A DNA stretch of 28,524 nt from a virus (taxonomy: Duplodnaviria > Caudoviricetes): IMG/VR virus record IMGVR_UViG_3300034410_000388, positions 1-28,524 of that record, one strand, 5' to 3'. The position numbers and the translations under genes are program-made. This document shows, piece after piece, positions 25,686 to 28,524 of the stretch (position 1 is the first letter of the stretch; each line of letters begins with the position of its first letter). The notes under the pieces were generated by a model. It made no database searches and had not been told where the DNA came from. It saw only the letters and a list, made by a program, of their open reading frames with translations.

Positions 25686-25723
25686 AACATCCGGGGCCGG
25701 CAGACGGTCGGCCTCTAATCCTC

Positions 25724-25805
25724 AGCGGCACCGCACGGGCAGATAACAGACCCCCGGTCGCACCCTGAAGCCCTGCCGAGTTATCCGGCGGGGCTTTCTA
25801 TTTTA
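25724..25805 (+). ncRNA. 82-nt structured cis-RNA/terminator element, copy B
   Basis: 78/82 identical to 20376-20457; loops GATAAC 25742-25747 and GTTATC 25780-25785. Confidence 0.7.
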
Positions 25806-25809
25806 CAGT

Positions 25810-26025
25810 GTGAAAGATTACCTCGACGGAGTAGGAAAGGCCGTACCTCGCGTCCTCCAAGTATCGGCAGAATACGAGCTTCGCGGCGACCCCGATTGCC
25901 TTCTGTTATATGGATACTATGAATGGGGCGCGTCGTCATGGTGGCGCAAAGTCCTACAAGGAGTACGCAATGGCGCAGGACTACGAAATAAAAGTAAAGG
26001 TCACCGGAGTCGACCAAGCGACTAA
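25810..26025 (+). CDS. Hypothetical protein upstream of tape measure
   Basis: GTG start at the same offset from the RNA element as GTG 20462. Confidence 0.55.
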   Translation: MKDYLDGVGKAVPRVLQVSAEYELRGDPDCLLLYGYYEWGASSWWRKVLQGVRNGAGLRNKSKGHRSRPSD

Positions 26026-27841
26026 CCAAGTCGAAGGGTTAACCGACAGCATGAACGAGGCCCAGAGCTCCGGGTCGCAGGCTTTCGGAACGCTGGACAA
26101 GGTGCTCGGTGGGCTGCCGTCTAAACTTAAGGCCGGTATCGCTGGCGTGCGCGGTATGGTCGTCGGCATGAAGACCCTTCGGGGCGCGATTATGGCCACC
26201 GGGATCGGCGCCTTGGTGGTGGCTGTGGGCTCACTCATTCAATACTTTAAGAGGACGGAACGCGGCGCCCAGCAGCTCCGGGTAATTACGGCCACGCTGG
26301 GGGCTGTTATGGACAAACTGATGGACTCGGTCATCGGTGTCGGGGAGTTCATCTTCGAGGCGTTCAATAACCCCCGCGAAACCATTAAAGGCCTAGCCGA
26401 CGATATCCAGACGTTCGTCATTTCCAAGGTCGAGCAGTTGATGGACGGCTTGGGCCTACTTGGTAAGGCGATAAAGCAAGCCTTCGAGGGTGACTTCTCC
26501 GCGGCAGCAGCTACCGCAGCCGAGGGCCTGACCAAAGTGGGCGACTCCGTGCTCGCTTTAAATCCCGTTACGGCGGTGGCGTATCAGGTAGCCGGGGCCG
26601 TGGCTGAAATTGCCGTAGAAGCGACTGCAAGCGCTAAGGCCGCCGGGGCATTGGAGAAGCGCATGAACGACCTCATGGTCTCAGAGCGCGAACATCTGAC
26701 AGTAAGGGCCGCAACAAACAAATTAATCGCTGAAAACAGGCTCGCAGTAGAAGACGAAACCAAGAGCTTCGATGAACGAATTTCTAAGCTCGATGAAGCT
26801 ATAGCCTTAGAAGAACAGACGTTAGCAAAAGAGCTGGAATTTGCTAATGAGAGGGCCGAGATACTACGCAAGCAGGCTGACCTAGCAGAGAGCGACGAAG
26901 CGACAAAGCAGGCCGTCGCAGAAGCCGAGGCGCGGGTCATTGAGGTGGAGACGCGGTCGCTTAAACAGCGCAAGAGGCTCGAAGGCGAAAGACAGACGCT
27001 CCTGCTCCAGCGCACCAACGAAGCCGAAGCCGCCGCCGCTGCCATCATCAAGTCCGAGCAGGAAGTTCAAAAGGCACTTGATGAGGCCGCACTATCCCGT
27101 GAGGATGCGCAAACGCAAGAGATAGAAAAAGAGAAGGCCAAGTTCCAAGCCCTGCAAGAAAAAGCCGGCGAGAATATGGAGCTCGTGGCGGAACTCAAGG
27201 AGGCCGAGCGGCTGGCACTGCTCGACATAGACGCGAAGTATGATGCGCTGGAATTAGAGGCCGAGCAAAAGAAAGAGGACGAAGCGAAAAAGATCCGCGA
27301 CGCAGCCGACGCCCAACGCCAAAAGGACACCGAAGCGGCAGAGGCGGCGATGGCAGAACTCAAGGAGTCAGCCACGGCGGGCACGTTCGAGCTGCTCACC
27401 ACCTTAAACAAAACCTTCGCCAAGGACACCGAGGAAGGACAGAAGAAAGCGTTCAAGAGAAACCAGGCACTCAGCATCGCCGAGACGCTGGTCTCTACTT
27501 ACGCGGCAGCACAAAAGGCCTACGCCTCACAGCTTGCCATCCCGACCCCCGACGCTCCCGTGCGTGCGTCTATTGCCGCGGGTGTGGCAGTGGCTGCGGG
27601 TCTCGCAAAGGTCGCCGCGATCAAGTCCCAGCAGTTCAGCGGGGGCGGAAGTGCAGGGGGTGCTGCCGGAGGTGGTGGGTCGACTGGGGGCGGTGTGCAA
27701 TCGGTCGGCGTAGATGTCGGCTCCCTCGTTCCAAATCAGCAGAACCCCACACCGGAACCCGTCCGGGCATATGTTGTAGAGAACGAGATATCGAACAAGC
27801 AAGCACTCAACAGGGAGCTGCAAATACAAACCACGCTATGA
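25970..27841 (+). CDS. Tail tape measure protein
   Basis: Likely ATG 25970; Ala-rich helical, ATGIGALVVAVGSLI, long coiled coil, C-terminal P.RAYVVE.EIS..Q. Confidence 0.85.
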   Translation: MAQDYEIKVKVTGVDQATNQVEGLTDSMNEAQSSGSQAFGTLDKVLGGLPSKLKAGIAGVRGMVVGMKTLRGAIMATGIGALVVAVGSLIQYFKRTERGAQQLRVITATLGAVMDKLMDSVIGVGEFIFEAFNNPRETIKGLADDIQTFVISKVEQLMDGLGLLGKAIKQAFEGDFSAAAATAAEGLTKVGDSVLALNPVTAVAYQVAGAVAEIAVEATASAKAAGALEKRMNDLMVSEREHLTVRAATNKLIAENRLAVEDETKSFDERISKLDEAIALEEQTLAKELEFANERAEILRKQADLAESDEATKQAVAEAEARVIEVETRSLKQRKRLEGERQTLLLQRTNEAEAAAAAIIKSEQEVQKALDEAALSREDAQTQEIEKEKAKFQALQEKAGENMELVAELKEAERLALLDIDAKYDALELEAEQKKEDEAKKIRDAADAQRQKDTEAAEAAMAELKESATAGTFELLTTLNKTFAKDTEEGQKKAFKRNQALSIAETLVSTYAAAQKAYASQLAIPTPDAPVRASIAAGVAVAAGLAKVAAIKSQQFSGGGSAGGAAGGGGSTGGGVQSVGVDVGSLVPNQQNPTPEPVRAYVVENEISNKQALNRELQIQTTL

Positions 27842-28524
27842 GGACAGTCGAGCTATTGATTGACGAGGAACAGGAAGATTTCGGAGTGGAGGCCATCAGC
27901 CTCGTCAAATTCCCTGCCATCGAGGAGAACTTCGTGTACTTCAACAAGGACCAGAAGCTGACCCTCGCCAAGGTCGACGAAGACAAGCAGCTCCTCGTCG
28001 GTCCGGCCCTCATTCCTGAGAAGATGATTCCGCGATGGGACGAGAGCAAGCAGGAGGAGTTCGAGGTCTACTTCTCCAAGGAAACCGTACAACAGGCCGC
28101 CGAGCTTTTCATGCGTCAGAAGCGCAACGGAGAATATACCGTAGAGCACCAGACCAAGGTCGACGGGCTCTCCATCTTCGAGTCTTGGATAGTCGCCGAC
28201 AAGGACCGCGACAAGGCCGCCGTCTACGGGTTCGATGTCCCGGAGGGTACTTGGATGGTTTCCGTACGTGTCACCAACGGCGACGTGTGGGCCGATGTCA
28301 AGGACAAAAAATATCGGGGGTTCTCCATCGAGGGTTACTTTATCGATAAGTTGGTTAAGATGGAAGACGTGACCATCGAGACCATTGCCGCCGCGGTGCG
28401 TGACGTGCTTGAGCCCGTTGCGTTCCTTGACGGTAGGCCCTTGTTTGGAACCCCGCTAGAGGCTCGCCTTATGGCTGAGGCGTTAGGTTGTGAAGGCCAC
28501 CATGCCCACGAGCTCAACGGGCGG
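27838..28524 (+). CDS. XkdF-like prohead serine protease (wraps to 147; ~248 aa; not in ORF track)
   Basis: MRTVELLID..., AISLV.FPAIE, GPALIP.K.I, YFSKETV, EH, ESWIV, P.GTWM, RGFSIEGYF; ATGA overlap with tape measure. Confidence 0.85.
   Translation, partial: MRTVELLIDEEQEDFGVEAISLVKFPAIEENFVYFNKDQKLTLAKVDEDKQLLVGPALIPEKMIPRWDESKQEEFEVYFSKETVQQAAELFMRQKRNGEYTVEHQTKVDGLSIFESWIVADKDRDKAAVYGFDVPEGTWMVSVRVTNGDVWADVKDKKYRGFSIEGYFIDKLVKMEDVTIETIAAAVRDVLEPVAFLDGRPLFGTPLEARLMAEALGCEGHHAHELNGR
28438..28524. repeat. Terminal direct repeat, right copy
   Basis: Matches 1-87 with 4 mismatches. Confidence 0.95.

Noticed and set aside
25693-25714. Hairpin GGCCGGC-AGACG-GTCGGCC as a terminator
   Set aside because: No U-tract and absent from copy A; at most an accessory 3' UTR stem
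20376-25805. 82-bp direct repeats as att sites, IS ends or CRISPR repeats
   Set aside because: They enclose essential tail genes, no recombinase, transposase or cas gene is present, and there are only two copies

Overview
Apparently complete, circularly permuted ~28.44 kb tailed dsDNA phage genome (87-bp terminal overlap) with siphovirus-type morphogenesis genes. The host is most likely Bacteroidota: five promoters match the TTTG-N19-21-TAnnTTTG consensus (one with a single mismatch). Modules: head (XkdF-like protease across the ends, scaffold, capsid, portal with a MuF-like tail), tail tube, adaptor and fibres, M15 endolysin with holin-like genes, metallophosphoesterase, a divergent early region (Myb-like and HTH genes leftward; Cro-like, SSB-like, initiator with four 22-bp iterons, NinG and a sigma factor rightward), ParB-methyltransferase, TerS/TerL, and a tail operon with a hidden -1 frameshift. 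No integrase, DNA polymerase, tRNA or CRISPR array was seen. The most striking unexplained system is three self-contained cassettes (host promoter, small orphan gene, terminator, putative late restart motif) inserted among late genes. Two of them end in the same 82-nt two-hairpin RNA whose loops are complementary (GAUAAC/GUUAUC). Also notable: an HTH-RNAP alpha-CTD fusion, two tandem paralogous microproteins ending in QxxLF clamp-binding motifs, and a Myb-like protein. All family calls are motif recognition by eye; no searches were run.
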